This document shows positions 48,168 through 58,326 of a DNA stretch of 64,000 nt, in pieces. The notes beneath the pieces are model-generated. The model did not search any database. It was not told the DNA's origin and saw only the letters and a program-made list of their open reading frames with translations. Numbering within the stretch: the stretch's first letter is position 1; each line of letters begins with the position of its first letter. The stretch is from Candidatus Limihabitans stercoravium (GTDB lineage Bacteria; Bacillota; Clostridia; Christensenellales; CAG-314): positions 32,630 through 96,629 of the forward strand of contig DVLO01000021.1 in the NCBI GenBank assembly GCA_018715495.1, written 5' to 3'. The position numbers and the translations under genes are program-made.

Positions 48168-49034
48168 ATGAACAATGAAATATCGTTGCAACAGTTCCCT
48201 AGTAGACCTAGGCTTGAACTGTTCTTCAAGTGGCTGATGTTTACCGCAGCCATTTCGGCAATGGCGTTACTGTCTACCTACTACCCGATCTGGGGTAACA
48301 TTCCGTTGATTGTAATTCCGTCTATACTGACTTTGCTTTTTGCAAAGCCCGTTTTTTTTGAAAAAATCAAGTTGTTTACCTTGGTTACAATGCGCACGCT
48401 CATTGTATTTGCGGTGTTGTTCGATTTCGGACAGATTTACTCCGACATCATCATGATCATGATGATCATCAACATCTTGGAAGCAACCTTGACTGACTTC
48501 AAGCACAAGCAGTACTTCAACTTCGTATCGGGTATATTCTTGGCACTTGGTGTGTTGGCAATGACTCCTGCATGGGGCGCAAATGCCGGCGGTCCGGGAG
48601 CGGGAATGGACTACTACTTTGTAGACGGTTTCAACAAGACGGCTACAATTTGCTGGGTAGTTGCCTACACAATCTGGAACTGGATTTTTGTAACGGGTGA
48701 ATTTTCCGCATCGGTAAGTTTGCTTCACACAGGATTTTTGTCCGCACCGATGTTGCTGTGTCTCATCACAATGCCGTCGGTAGGATTTGCAGGCGGATTC
48801 GGTTTGTGGTATCTGGTTCGTGCCAACACATTGTCCATTGGCGGATACATGCAGATTTGTTGCAAGAACTGGTTTGAAACACAATTTTACAGTCCACGTT
48901 TTGAAAAATTCGTTGCATGGACTCACAAGTGGTACGTTCAGCTGGTGTTGATGATTGTATGTCTTGCACTCATCGGATACACCTTGGTAGGCGGTATCAT
49001 GACAAACGGTCTTGTAAACGGCTGGTTCAACTGA
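48168..49034 (+). CDS. Multi-pass integral membrane protein, unknown function (paralog of 51758..52708)
   Basis: RBS GGGAGGG. At least 8 hydrophobic helices. Shares blocks INILEA / W.VAY.IWN / RA.TL..GG with the downstream membrane protein. Confidence 0.7.
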   Translation: MNNEISLQQFPSRPRLELFFKWLMFTAAISAMALLSTYYPIWGNIPLIVIPSILTLLFAKPVFFEKIKLFTLVTMRTLIVFAVLFDFGQIYSDIIMIMMIINILEATLTDFKHKQYFNFVSGIFLALGVLAMTPAWGANAGGPGAGMDYYFVDGFNKTATICWVVAYTIWNWIFVTGEFSASVSLLHTGFLSAPMLLCLITMPSVGFAGGFGLWYLVRANTLSIGGYMQICCKNWFETQFYSPRFEKFVAWTHKWYVQLVLMIVCLALIGYTLVGGIMTNGLVNGWFN

Positions 49035-49056
49035 TTGAATTAAAGGAGATTAACAA

Positions 49057-50580
49057 ATGAACAAATACGATGTAATCGTAATCGGAGCAGGTAACGGCGG
49101 ATTGGCTGCGGCTTGTTCCCTTGCAAGAGCAGGCAAGAAGGTTGCTGTGTTCGAAAGACACAACATTCCCGGTGGATGCGGTACCAGTTTCAGACGTGGA
49201 AGATTTGAGTTCGAAGTGGCATTGCATCAACTCAGCAGTATGGGAACGCCCGAAAAACCGGGTGAACTTCGCCAATTGTTCAAGAAATACGACATTGAAA
49301 ACAAGATTGACTGGATTGAAATCAAGGAATTGTTCCGTGTCAACTTCCATGACGGCACAGGCGTAAGCCTTCCAGTTGGAAAGGACAAGTGCTTGAAACA
49401 CCTGCAACAAGTGTTCCCCAAGGAAGCGGACAACCTCAGACGTTACTTCGACACAGTGTGGAAATTCTGCGAAGAAGCAAATGCTTTTGCTGCAAAATCC
49501 GCTCAGTCAACAGACGAACCAAGCGCACTGAAAAAGGCGGTCATGAAATCCATGTTCCCCAAACTGTATCCGACATTGGCTAAGTACGGATTGTGTGCAA
49601 CTCAACAGGTAATGGATGAATTCTTCACCGACAAGAAATTGCAACTTGCATTGTCCGCTTACTGGTGTTTCATGGGAATGCCACCTGCAAGATTCCCCTG
49701 GTCGATACTTGCAAAGTGTATGTATATCTACACAGAAGACAAGCCTTTCTACCTGCGTGGAACATCCCAGATGATGAACCAGGCAATTGCGGAAAGTATC
49801 CGTGAATGTGGTGGGGATTTGTTCTTCAACACTGCGGTAAAGCGCATCATCACCAAGGACGGAGTAGCAGTGGGCGTTGAAGACCAATTCGGTAACATCT
49901 ACAATGCAAGCAGGATTGTAAGCAACATCAGTCCCATTGACACCTACACCAAGTTGATGGACACCCCCGAAAGTGCAAATGAATACCTGAAACCCTACAC
50001 CGTAGGTATTTCGGCGTTGACATGTTTCATCGGTCTTGATTGCACTCCCGAAGAAATCGGATTTACAACATCTTTCACATTGAACTACGACAGCCTTGAC
50101 GCCAACGAAGATTTCAAGGACGCCTACAAGTTGTTGCCACATCACGATCCCATTGTCGCAACCTGCTACACAGTAGACGATCCGACAGTATCTCCCAAGG
50201 GTACATCGGTAATCACTGCGGGAACATTGAAGTACTCCACCGAATGGGAAAAACTTACCCCCGAACAGTACTATCAGAAGAAATACGAAGCGGCAAATGT
50301 CATCATCGACAGATTGGAAAAGCAGTATCCCGGTTTCAGAAGTCACATCGAAGAAATGGAAATTGCAACTCCGCTCACTCACATGAGATATCTGCATCAT
50401 CCCGGCGGCGCAATTTACGGTTACGAACAAGATCTCAAATCGTCGGTGTTCTTCTACCCCAACGAAAGCAAGGTGAAAAATCTCGAATTTGCAGGCGGTT
50501 GGGTAAACGTGTGCGGATTCGGTCCGAACTACCTTTTCGCCGACAAACTGGCTCAAAAGATGTTAAAGGAGATGAAATAA
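49057..50580 (+). CDS. FAD-dependent oxidoreductase of the phytoene-desaturase (CrtI)/amine-oxidase superfamily
   Basis: N-terminal dinucleotide fold YDVIVIGAGNGGLAAACSLARAGKKVAVFERHNIPGG. About 500 aa. C-terminal FAGGW. Confidence 0.8.
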   Translation: MNKYDVIVIGAGNGGLAAACSLARAGKKVAVFERHNIPGGCGTSFRRGRFEFEVALHQLSSMGTPEKPGELRQLFKKYDIENKIDWIEIKELFRVNFHDGTGVSLPVGKDKCLKHLQQVFPKEADNLRRYFDTVWKFCEEANAFAAKSAQSTDEPSALKKAVMKSMFPKLYPTLAKYGLCATQQVMDEFFTDKKLQLALSAYWCFMGMPPARFPWSILAKCMYIYTEDKPFYLRGTSQMMNQAIAESIRECGGDLFFNTAVKRIITKDGVAVGVEDQFGNIYNASRIVSNISPIDTYTKLMDTPESANEYLKPYTVGISALTCFIGLDCTPEEIGFTTSFTLNYDSLDANEDFKDAYKLLPHHDPIVATCYTVDDPTVSPKGTSVITAGTLKYSTEWEKLTPEQYYQKKYEAANVIIDRLEKQYPGFRSHIEEMEIATPLTHMRYLHHPGGAIYGYEQDLKSSVFFYPNESKVKNLEFAGGWVNVCGFGPNYLFADKLAQKMLKEMK

Positions 50581-51743
50581 TGGCTAATATAAAGGAAACA
50601 TTGCTTTCTACATTGCGCAACGGCAAGGAAGTGCTTGCCGACATCACATCCACAAGACGCAATGCCAACGACATCACAGTAGAACGTGGCAGGGTAGACA
50701 GCACAATCAATCAACTGCATCCGCACAGACTTGACCTTGTGGTGCAATCAATCGAACCTGCAACCAAGGATGCCAAGGTAATCAGACTGGCATCCGCAAA
50801 CGGATATCTTCCTCCCTTCGAAGCAGGTCAGTACATCAACGTTTACGTTGAAATTGACGGCGTTCTGACATCACGTCCTTACAGTTTGTCAAGTTCGCCC
50901 CGTCAAAGAGCCTACTACGAAATCACAGTTCAGCGTGTCAAGAACGGATTTGTTTCTAACTATCTGTTGGACAACCTGAAGGTGGGCGATCGTCTTTCGG
51001 CAAAGTCTCCTCACGGCGTGTTCCATTACAACCCAGTGTTCCACCAACACAAGATTGTGATGTTGGCAGGCGGTAGCGGTGTTACGCCTTTCCTGTCAAT
51101 GACAAGAGAAATTCTTGAGGCAGGTCTGGACAGAGAAGTTGTGCTGATGTACGGTTTCAGAAGTACAGAGCTTGCAATTGCTCACAATGAATTTGTTGAA
51201 TTTGACAAAAACTACAAGAATTTCACCTACGTACCTGTAATTTCCGAACCACAACAGGGTTGGAAGGGTAAGATAGGTTTCCTTGACAGAAACCTCATCA
51301 AGGAAGTTGTGGGCGACACAGACAACTGCACTTTCTACGTGTGCGGTCCCGAAGTCATGAACGAATTTTGCTTGAAAGAACTTCACGAAATGGGTATTCC
51401 CACTAAACGTATCCGCCGTGAACTGTTCGGCACACGTCAGGACATCTGGAACGAAGCAGGCTGGCCGGAAGGTCTTACAGGCAAGGAAGTGTTCAATCTC
51501 AAGGTGGGCGACATTGTTGTTCCCGCTGTGTCGGGCGAAAGTCTTCTGACAGCTTTGGAACGCAACAAACTGCGTGTAAACGTGTGCTGTCGAAGCGGCG
51601 AATGTTCACTGTGCCGTGTAAAGTTGGTCAGCGGTAAAGTGTTCACCGCACGTGGCGCACTGATGCGTTTTGCCGACGAAAAGTTCGGTTACATTCATTC
51701 GTGCAAGACATTCCCCGTCAGTGACGTGGAAATCATCTTGTAA
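50580..51743 (+). CDS. Ferredoxin-NAD(P)H reductase-type flavoprotein with C-terminal plant-type [2Fe-2S] domain
   Basis: ATG 50580 overlaps the upstream stop (TAATG). FAD motif RPYSLSS. NAD motif MLAGGSGVTPF. Cluster motif CRSGECSLCRV...C. The track start at 50244 is an out-of-context extension inside the previous gene. Confidence 0.85.
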   Translation: MANIKETLLSTLRNGKEVLADITSTRRNANDITVERGRVDSTINQLHPHRLDLVVQSIEPATKDAKVIRLASANGYLPPFEAGQYINVYVEIDGVLTSRPYSLSSSPRQRAYYEITVQRVKNGFVSNYLLDNLKVGDRLSAKSPHGVFHYNPVFHQHKIVMLAGGSGVTPFLSMTREILEAGLDREVVLMYGFRSTELAIAHNEFVEFDKNYKNFTYVPVISEPQQGWKGKIGFLDRNLIKEVVGDTDNCTFYVCGPEVMNEFCLKELHEMGIPTKRIRRELFGTRQDIWNEAGWPEGLTGKEVFNLKVGDIVVPAVSGESLLTALERNKLRVNVCCRSGECSLCRVKLVSGKVFTARGALMRFADEKFGYIHSCKTFPVSDVEIIL

Positions 51744-51757
51744 AGGCAGGTGGAAAA

Positions 51758-52708
51758 ATGAAGGGGTTTTTATTTACAGGGTACACAATTGAAGGCATTG
51801 TAGTTTGGCTGGGCTTGATTGCATTGCTCATCGTACTCAACGAAGTCAGCAGAAAAAACAAATGGACGGCTACTTTCTTCTACGGTTTTCTTCCCATATT
51901 ACTTGGAGTGTTGCTGTTGGCAGGAGTGGTTGACAGTCAATCGTCCAAGTCGTGGTTCGGCGTTGTCAAGACCTATTCGGCATTGGCGGGAGTAATCGGG
52001 TTCATGATCATTCGCTACGTTGACAAGGCAGGAAAATCCAAGTTCGCACAGATTTTCCCTGTTGCAATACTGGCGCTCAACATCATCGAAGCCATCGTCA
52101 AGGAATTTGAAGTTTACTTCACCTACACTGAAGGCGTTGTGGACGAAGCAGGCATATTCATGCTGGGCGGTCCTTGGAACATATTGAACGCTCTTGCAGG
52201 CTTGTTCCTTCTGTTGTCCATGACAGGTTGGATGGGTATCAAGGTTTCCAACAACAAATCCCGTGACATGGTGTGGGCAGACCAACTGTGGTTCTGGATT
52301 GTCGCTTACGACTTGTGGAACATCGCTTACTGCTACAACTGTATTTCCAACCGTGCGATGTACGCAGGTGTGGCAATCATTCTTGCTTGTACAATCTGCG
52401 AAATCTTCTGTCAGAGAGGCGCTTGGCTTCAACACCGTGCACAGACGTTGGCGCTTTTCGGAATGTTCAGTCTTGCATTTGACTACTCCACATGGGGATC
52501 CTTCAAGATTACAGCTAGTTTCGATCACAGAGCATGGTTGTTGTTGAGTATCATTGCGCTTGTTGCCAATGTTGCAGTGTTCGCTTACGAAGTTTATGTA
52601 ATCGTCAAGTACAAGCGCAATCCGTTGAAACAGGAAATGTTCACACACCTCAACAGTTACAAACGCAACCTTGCAGCAAACGGATTGCTGGACGGAAGCG
52701 CATTGTAA
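51758..52708 (+). CDS. Multi-pass integral membrane protein, unknown function (paralog of 48168..49034)
   Basis: Hydrophobic throughout. Shares sequence blocks with 48168..49034. RBS AGGTGGA. Confidence 0.7.
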   Translation: MKGFLFTGYTIEGIVVWLGLIALLIVLNEVSRKNKWTATFFYGFLPILLGVLLLAGVVDSQSSKSWFGVVKTYSALAGVIGFMIIRYVDKAGKSKFAQIFPVAILALNIIEAIVKEFEVYFTYTEGVVDEAGIFMLGGPWNILNALAGLFLLLSMTGWMGIKVSNNKSRDMVWADQLWFWIVAYDLWNIAYCYNCISNRAMYAGVAIILACTICEIFCQRGAWLQHRAQTLALFGMFSLAFDYSTWGSFKITASFDHRAWLLLSIIALVANVAVFAYEVYVIVKYKRNPLKQEMFTHLNSYKRNLAANGLLDGSAL

Positions 52709-52896
52709 TTTCTAAATACGTACTTCAATAGGACAAAATTGCGAAAAAGGTCTTTCGGTTTTCGAAAGACCTTTTTCTCTTGTGCTAATCGATTGTGCAG
52801 TTAATGATTGTTGCGTTTAATGGTGTTTTTAATGAATGCATAACTACCATTTTCTTTCAGATACTATTGTTAAATAGTTAAATACAGGTGAGTTTT

Positions 52897-55284
52897 ATGC
52901 AAAAATATAAAAGATGTTTAAAATTGACATTTTCCGCAGCGGTTGTAACTGTGGTATGCTTACTGATTTGCGGTTGTTTTGCGGCGGACAATCAGCCAAG
53001 AGGTGCGAAAAGCGGTGATGTTGTAATCAACAGCGACAACTTTCCCGACGAAGTTTTTCGCAGTTGGTTGATGTCGTCGGAAAATATAGGCGGTGCAGGT
53101 GTGGACGGCATTCTGACAGCGGATGAAATAAATTCCGTCACCGAAATAGTTGTGGAACGTAACGGCGGTCCTTTCATTACCAGCCTGCAAGGTATAGAAA
53201 ATTTTAAAAATCTAACTACTTTGAGCGTCACTGACAACGGTTTGACATCATTGGATCTCAGACAAAACACTCAACTGCGGTATGTCAACTGCATGTACAA
53301 CCGATTGACAGACCTTTATGTCAGCGGACTTACTGGTCTTGAAACACTGTTTTGTGAGCACAACTATCTTGAAACGCTTGATTTATCGGGTGATGTGTCT
53401 TTAAAAACGTTGTATTCAAGACATAACTTGCTGAAATCTCTTGATTTGTCCGACAACACCGAACTTGTGTTTGTGGAAACTTTCGACAACCTCATTGAGG
53501 AAATTGACGTTTCAATGCTGTCTAAACTGGAATTTCTGCACATTGACCACAACAAACTTACTACTCTTGACATGTCGCACAACTTGGCATTGAAGGGTGG
53601 CGGATTTGTTGCAAGAAACAATGATTTGAGGCAATTGAAACTTCCCGTAATCGAAGGATTTACCATTTACTACGATGACTTTGCCGAACAAGATCCTATC
53701 GAAGGTTACGAAAGACTACAATGGTTTGCCGATTCGTCCTTTATTGAACCGGTCACAACTGACGTTGAGGCACAAGGACAGACATTGTACGGCAAACGTC
53801 TTGCCAACAGATTTACTGTGAATTTCGACGGAAACGGAACAACGGATGTTCCGCAATCGGTAAGCGGTGAATACGGAAGTGAGATTGAAATACCGTCACA
53901 CATTCCTTTAAGACGTGGCTATATTTTTAAAGGGTGGTGCAAGGACAAGATAGGAACATCAGAGTTTTACCAGCCGTCGGAAAGTGTGTTGAACCTTGGC
54001 GGCAAAAGGCTTGACGGTGAAAAAGTCACATTGTTTGCACAATGGAATCCCGTTTCCTACAAGGTACGTTTCGATGGAAGGGAGGGCGTGGGTGCAATGC
54101 CTGAAATGTCGGTGCGTTACGGCCAAAGTTTCAATCTTTCATCCAACGAATTTTCACGGCAAGGCTACGATTTTGTGGGGTGGGCTACATCAATTGGCGG
54201 ACCTGCGATTTATCGTGACGGTCAAACTGTTTCAGACCTTTCCTACACTGATGGCGACACGGTGGTTCTGTACGCAGTGTGGGAGCGTGACGCACAGTCG
54301 GTGCGACAGCCTTACGAACAACAAATTACCAAACTGTACCAAGGCATAGAAAGAAATGACTACCTTTATCAGGATCTGGATTCCATTGACCAACAGTATG
54401 CACTTTCGTTGCAACAACTTGTGCAAGCCAACAAGTCGGAGTCATTGATGAAGAACATCCTTTCCGACACACAACAACACTTTCAATCGGTGTTGACACG
54501 TCAGCAACGTGTCGATGAAATCACCTCACGTTGGCAACAAAACAACATTACGTCATTGCAAATTGTCGGTACTAAACCTCTAAATTTGCAGGACATTGAC
54601 AGTTCGTTGCAGACGGTTAAAAATTCTGTAAATCAATTAAATGCAGATACCCTTTCGAACTATTCCACGCTTACACATCAGCAAAGCCTTTGGGAAGCGG
54701 TGGATATAGCAGTCACTCAGTTGCAATCGGTAAAGCGATCTCTGTTGCAGTTTGTAGATATTGCGGAATGGATTTCAAGTGTTAAACAATCAGCACTTCT
54801 TCCGCTAAGTCAGGTGAAGTCCGACAGCGTTATTCATTACACGGAACTGTCAAATCAGTTGACTGATTTCCCACAACATCAAGCGGACTATGTGCCAACT
54901 GAACTTCAAGACGGTATTCGCCTGAGAATTGCACTTTCGGAAAGCAAACAGCTTTCAATAGAGCAGCTTGCTGAACAGTTTAGCAAATACAACGAAAGCG
55001 ATTATCATCCCGAACAGTGGAGAAAAGTAGTTGAATTGTACAATCAAGGTGTTGAAAATATCGAAAACAGCACAAGCGAAAGTGAAAATGCCAGTATTGT
55101 CTTGCAATCGACTTCAAGCATGGATGAAGTGCCTTTCCAACCACTCATTCCCCCGCAACCGCAGCCACCGGTAGATGAACCCGTAAACAATGCAATTGTC
55201 GTGTGGATTGTTTCGCTGTGTCTGGTTGTTGCTTTCGTGATTGTTGTATTGGTTATCGTACGTAAGTCAAGGCGCAACAGATGA
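52897..55284 (+). CDS. Leucine-rich-repeat surface protein with Listeria-Bacteroides (Flg_new) repeats and a C-terminal membrane anchor
   Basis: Signal peptide. 22-residue LRRs (LT.LD...N..L..L). Repeats RGYIFKGWCKD and QGYDFVGWATS. Q-rich helical region, P-rich linker, TM helix and then RKSRRNR. Confidence 0.8.
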   Translation: MQKYKRCLKLTFSAAVVTVVCLLICGCFAADNQPRGAKSGDVVINSDNFPDEVFRSWLMSSENIGGAGVDGILTADEINSVTEIVVERNGGPFITSLQGIENFKNLTTLSVTDNGLTSLDLRQNTQLRYVNCMYNRLTDLYVSGLTGLETLFCEHNYLETLDLSGDVSLKTLYSRHNLLKSLDLSDNTELVFVETFDNLIEEIDVSMLSKLEFLHIDHNKLTTLDMSHNLALKGGGFVARNNDLRQLKLPVIEGFTIYYDDFAEQDPIEGYERLQWFADSSFIEPVTTDVEAQGQTLYGKRLANRFTVNFDGNGTTDVPQSVSGEYGSEIEIPSHIPLRRGYIFKGWCKDKIGTSEFYQPSESVLNLGGKRLDGEKVTLFAQWNPVSYKVRFDGREGVGAMPEMSVRYGQSFNLSSNEFSRQGYDFVGWATSIGGPAIYRDGQTVSDLSYTDGDTVVLYAVWERDAQSVRQPYEQQITKLYQGIERNDYLYQDLDSIDQQYALSLQQLVQANKSESLMKNILSDTQQHFQSVLTRQQRVDEITSRWQQNNITSLQIVGTKPLNLQDIDSSLQTVKNSVNQLNADTLSNYSTLTHQQSLWEAVDIAVTQLQSVKRSLLQFVDIAEWISSVKQSALLPLSQVKSDSVIHYTELSNQLTDFPQHQADYVPTELQDGIRLRIALSESKQLSIEQLAEQFSKYNESDYHPEQWRKVVELYNQGVENIENSTSESENASIVLQSTSSMDEVPFQPLIPPQPQPPVDEPVNNAIVVWIVSLCLVVAFVIVVLVIVRKSRRNR

Positions 55285-55419
55285 GTGTGTTTTGGGGTGC
55301 TAACTGCTGTTTAAGGCTATTGACACCTCTGTAATTGTGTGCTAATGTGTTGTTGACAAGTGGCGCAGGTTTGCTGACGTGCTGCTTGTCAACAAATCAA
55401 TGTTACAAGGAACAATCAC

Positions 55420-56052
55420 ATGAGCGACTACAACCGAAAACTTACACCGTCCGAACTCAAACGCAAGGAAAAGTTTGAATCGGTATGCACTGACCTTGAG
55501 CAGCAAGGATACATGAAACACGATCTTACAGTAGATGTCGTGACAGCAAGCAAGATGGCACTTGTCGTAATGTTGCCTTTTGTGGCAATTGCCGTTGCGG
55601 TGTATTTTATCGCAGTGGGAAAACAAGGGTTGAATTTTCAATTTGTGGATTTGCTGTGGTTTTTACTAGCAACCGTTGTGAGTGTGGTACTGCATGAACT
55701 GTTACACGGAGTGACTTGGGCAATGTTTTCACGCAGTTTTCGTCCAATTTCCTTTGGAGTGATATGGAGTGCACTTACACCTTATTGTACGTGCAGTAAA
55801 CCTCTAAAAAAGTGGCAGTACATTGTGGGTGCGCTTGTTCCTACAATTGTGTTGGGGGTAGGTTTGACTGTGCTCTCTGTCTTGACAGCGAAAATGTGGA
55901 TTGTATTACTCAATGTCACAATGATCATCGGCGGTGGCGGTGACTTCTACATGGTTTTGAAGATGTTGAAGTGCAAGTTTGACGGCGAAGTCCTTTACTA
56001 CGATCATCCCTACGAATGCGGAGTGGTGGCGTTTGTTAGAAATAAGCAGTAG
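55420..56052 (+). CDS. Membrane zincin-like metallopeptidase (DUF3267-type)
   Basis: HELLHG motif within a 4-5 TM protein. About 210 aa. Confidence 0.65.
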   Translation: MSDYNRKLTPSELKRKEKFESVCTDLEQQGYMKHDLTVDVVTASKMALVVMLPFVAIAVAVYFIAVGKQGLNFQFVDLLWFLLATVVSVVLHELLHGVTWAMFSRSFRPISFGVIWSALTPYCTCSKPLKKWQYIVGALVPTIVLGVGLTVLSVLTAKMWIVLLNVTMIIGGGGDFYMVLKMLKCKFDGEVLYYDHPYECGVVAFVRNKQ

Positions 56053-56143
56053 TTTTGTGACGCAGTAACAACTGTTTATGTACAATCTTGACAGGGAATG
56101 TTCACTGTGCTACATTGATAAAAAATTACCAAGGAGATTTAAT

Positions 56144-56593
56144 ATGTTAGAATTAGGTCAGAAAGCACCTTTGTTTACATTGCCCGATCAGGACGGCAAC
56201 ACATTTTCTTTGCAGGACCACTTGGACAAGAAGATCGTCCTTTACTTCTATCCCAAGGACAACACATCGGGTTGCACCAAGGAAGCGCAACAGTTCAATG
56301 AACTAAAAGAGAAGTTTGATGATAAAGACACAATGATTGTAGGTATCAGTAAGGACAGCGTAGCGTCTCACCGCAGGTTTGCCGACAAGTTCAACCTCAA
56401 TTTTACTCTTCTTGCCGACGTTGACAGACAGGCAATCGAACAGTATGGAGTATGGCAGGAAAAGAAACTGTACGGCAAACCTTACATGGGTGTAGTTCGT
56501 ACAACTTTTGTCATTGACAAGGGAGTAATTGTCAATATCTACAACAATGTAAAGGTGGAAGGTCATGCACAGGAAGTGCTGTGCCAACTGTAA
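56144..56593 (+). CDS. bcp: Thiol peroxidase / peroxiredoxin Bcp
   Basis: ATG 56144 after AAGGAG. APLFTLPDQDGNTFSL and FYPKDNTSGCTKEA (peroxidatic Cys). Confidence 0.9.
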   Translation: MLELGQKAPLFTLPDQDGNTFSLQDHLDKKIVLYFYPKDNTSGCTKEAQQFNELKEKFDDKDTMIVGISKDSVASHRRFADKFNLNFTLLADVDRQAIEQYGVWQEKKLYGKPYMGVVRTTFVIDKGVIVNIYNNVKVEGHAQEVLCQL

Positions 56594-56650
56594 TTCGGAC
56601 TCAACCAGTAAAAAAATTCGGTTACGGTTATGTAAAAGAGTAATTCACAA

Positions 56651-56685
56651 AAAAAAGAGATTGACGTTTTGTCAATCTCTTTTTT
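56651..56685. terminator. Bidirectional terminator
   Basis: AAAAAAGAGATTGAC-GTTT-TGTCAATCTCTTTTTT. Confidence 0.85.
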
Positions 56686-56686
56686 G

Positions 56687-56830
56687 TTAGGAAAGATATG
56701 CTATGTCGCCACCGCAGTCACAAACGTAACTTTGTTTTTCGGCACACGTGGGACAAATTTTTGAACGGCATTTAGTACAAATGCAGTAGTTGTTTTGATC
56801 TATTTTTCCTTTGCATTGCGGACAATCCAT
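56687..56830 (-). CDS. Small Cys-rich zinc-ribbon protein
   Basis: MDCPQCKGK...CTKCRSKICPTCAEK..CDCGG has several CxxC pairs. ATG 56830 after AAAGGAG. Short, so uncertain. Confidence 0.45.
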   Translation of the reverse strand: MDCPQCKGKIDQNNYCICTKCRSKICPTCAEKQSYVCDCGGDIAYLS

Positions 56831-56948
56831 GGCTTTGTTGCTCCTTTTGTAAGATTGCTGTAATTGTTGACGCAAAAATGAAATTCAAAACGTCTCACTT
56901 GTTTTGTTTTACGTTTTTGTGCATGTATAATGTTGTCGGAGGTGTTTT

Positions 56949-57320
56949 ATGACAGTATTCAATGCAGTCTGGCAACAGGACAGACATTTGGTTTTCAAGC
57001 AGTGTGATGTGGTGTTGAATCAGGGCGAAGCGTACAGTTCGGGAGTTTGTATTGCTATGTCGGAGGAATTTAAGGACTTTTGCGTAAAGTTGCTGTTTCG
57101 ACGTTCGGACGGAAAAACGTTGTACACCAAGCCGTTGAAGGTCTTCAAACGTGGCAACAGGTGTTTTGTATGGTATATGTTGGGGGGATGGCTGTTGCAA
57201 CACAGTGGTTCTCTGTTCGTGCAGATTGTTGCAACACGAAATCGCAAGGTGGTCAAGAGTGTTTACAGTTACAATGCGTCGTTGTACGTCAATCCGTCCA
57301 TTGATAGAAAAAGTGCATGA
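56949..57320 (+). CDS. Hypothetical protein
   Basis: Strong RBS GGAGGTG 4 nt before the ATG. Co-directional with dut. I recognise no family. The competing antisense ORF 56895..57203 lacks an RBS. Confidence 0.5.
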   Translation: MTVFNAVWQQDRHLVFKQCDVVLNQGEAYSSGVCIAMSEEFKDFCVKLLFRRSDGKTLYTKPLKVFKRGNRCFVWYMLGGWLLQHSGSLFVQIVATRNRKVVKSVYSYNASLYVNPSIDRKSA

Positions 57321-57392
57321 CGTTGCGGTTTTTGCGTGAAAACCCTTGATTTTTTCACCCGTTGTGGTAACATTGTAGTATAGATTTTTGAG

Positions 57393-57884
57393 GTGCGTAT
57401 GAAGGCAAGATTTTCTAAAGTATCACAACAACAGTATCTCAATGCACGCAATTGTGGCAGTGCTTTGACGGAGTACAATGAAGTCAAGTTGCCCTGTCGT
57501 GCAACAAGATGTTCGGCAGGCTACGACTTTTTTGCGCCATTTGATTTTACGTTGCAGTGTGGACAATCCATTGTAGTGCCTACTGCAATGCGTTGTGTCA
57601 TGCCCGATGACTGGGTGTTGTTGATTTTCCCACGTAGCGGATTGGGATTCAAGTACAGATTGCGTCTTGACAATACAGTAGGTGTGATTGATGCCGATTA
57701 CAGCCTGAGTGACAACGAAGGTCACATCTTTATCAAGTTGACTAACGAAGGTGACAAGACTTTGACGGTGACGAAAGGTACGGCTTTTGCACAAGGGGTA
57801 TTTGTAGTGTACGGAACAACGGAAGATGACAATGTGACAGACGTACGCACGGGCGGATTGGGAAGTACCGACAAGAAACAGTGA
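57393..57884 (+). CDS. dut: dUTP diphosphatase (trimeric dUTPase family)
   Basis: RATRCSAGYDFFAP, FPRSGLGFKY, NTVGVIDADY and C-terminal RTGGLGSTD motifs. Confidence 0.9.
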   Translation: MRMKARFSKVSQQQYLNARNCGSALTEYNEVKLPCRATRCSAGYDFFAPFDFTLQCGQSIVVPTAMRCVMPDDWVLLIFPRSGLGFKYRLRLDNTVGVIDADYSLSDNEGHIFIKLTNEGDKTLTVTKGTAFAQGVFVVYGTTEDDNVTDVRTGGLGSTDKKQ

Positions 57885-57977
57885 TGTGTTTGTCTGGTAG
57901 TGCACGTTTGTTTAGCGTTGACAGTGAAACGGTAAAGTACGTTTTAACAATTTTGTTGCAAAAGTAATCAAATACAA

Positions 57978-58006
57978 TTGACTATTTTTCAATTTTTTGG
58001 TATCAT
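57978..58006 (+). promoter_or_regulatory. Sigma-70 promoter of tRNA-Ser
   Basis: TTGACT, 17-nt spacer, TATCAT. Confidence 0.65.
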
Positions 58007-58026
58007 ATTTGGGCAACAAAATAGAT

Positions 58027-58115
58027 GGAGAGATGGTCGAGCGGTTTAAGGCACACGCTTGGAAAGCGTGCGAGGTTAACAGCCTCCGCAGGTTCAAATC
58101 CTGTTCTCTCCGCCA
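58027..58115 (+). tRNA. tRNA-Ser (GGA), class II with long variable arm
   Basis: GGAGAGATGGTCGAGCGGTTTAAGGC... Anticodon arm CACGC-TTGGAAA-GCGTG. Variable arm GAGGTTAACAGCCTC. T arm GCAGGTTCAAATCCTGT. Discriminator G, encoded CCA. Confidence 0.9.
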
Positions 58116-58124
58116 TGGATGTGG

Positions 58125-58309
58125 CTCGCTTGTAGTCGCAACAAAAAGAAAGACACCAATCGGTGTCTTTTTCTTTTTATTGCTCCGTATTGCTTCGCCA
58201 CATCATGGCTCCGAGAACAGTTGATTGAAATGATGTGACGCTCAAGCAACACGTTGCTTTCGCTAAGCCGTCGCAACAAGTTGCTCCTTACAAATCCTGT
58301 TCTCTCCGC
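58125..58309 (+). repeat. tRNA-Ser-linked repeat unit A, copy 1 (185 bp), ending in the tRNA-Ser 3' end
   Basis: Near-identical to 58398..58582. Contains a terminator hairpin (58141-58178), GAAATGATGTGACG, an AAGCAACACGTTGCTT hairpin and GTCGCAACAAGTTGCTCCTT. The last part, CAAATCCTGTTCTCTCCGCCA, equals tRNA nt 58095-58115. Confidence 0.9.
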
Positions 58310-58326
58310 CAGTGTTAGCACACGGC

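Noticed and set aside
56895-57203. 102-aa minus-strand ORF overlapping 56949..57320
   Set aside because: The plus-strand ORF has a GGAGGTG RBS and is co-directional with dut. The minus-strand ORF has no RBS. Neither has recognisable homology, so this call is tentative.
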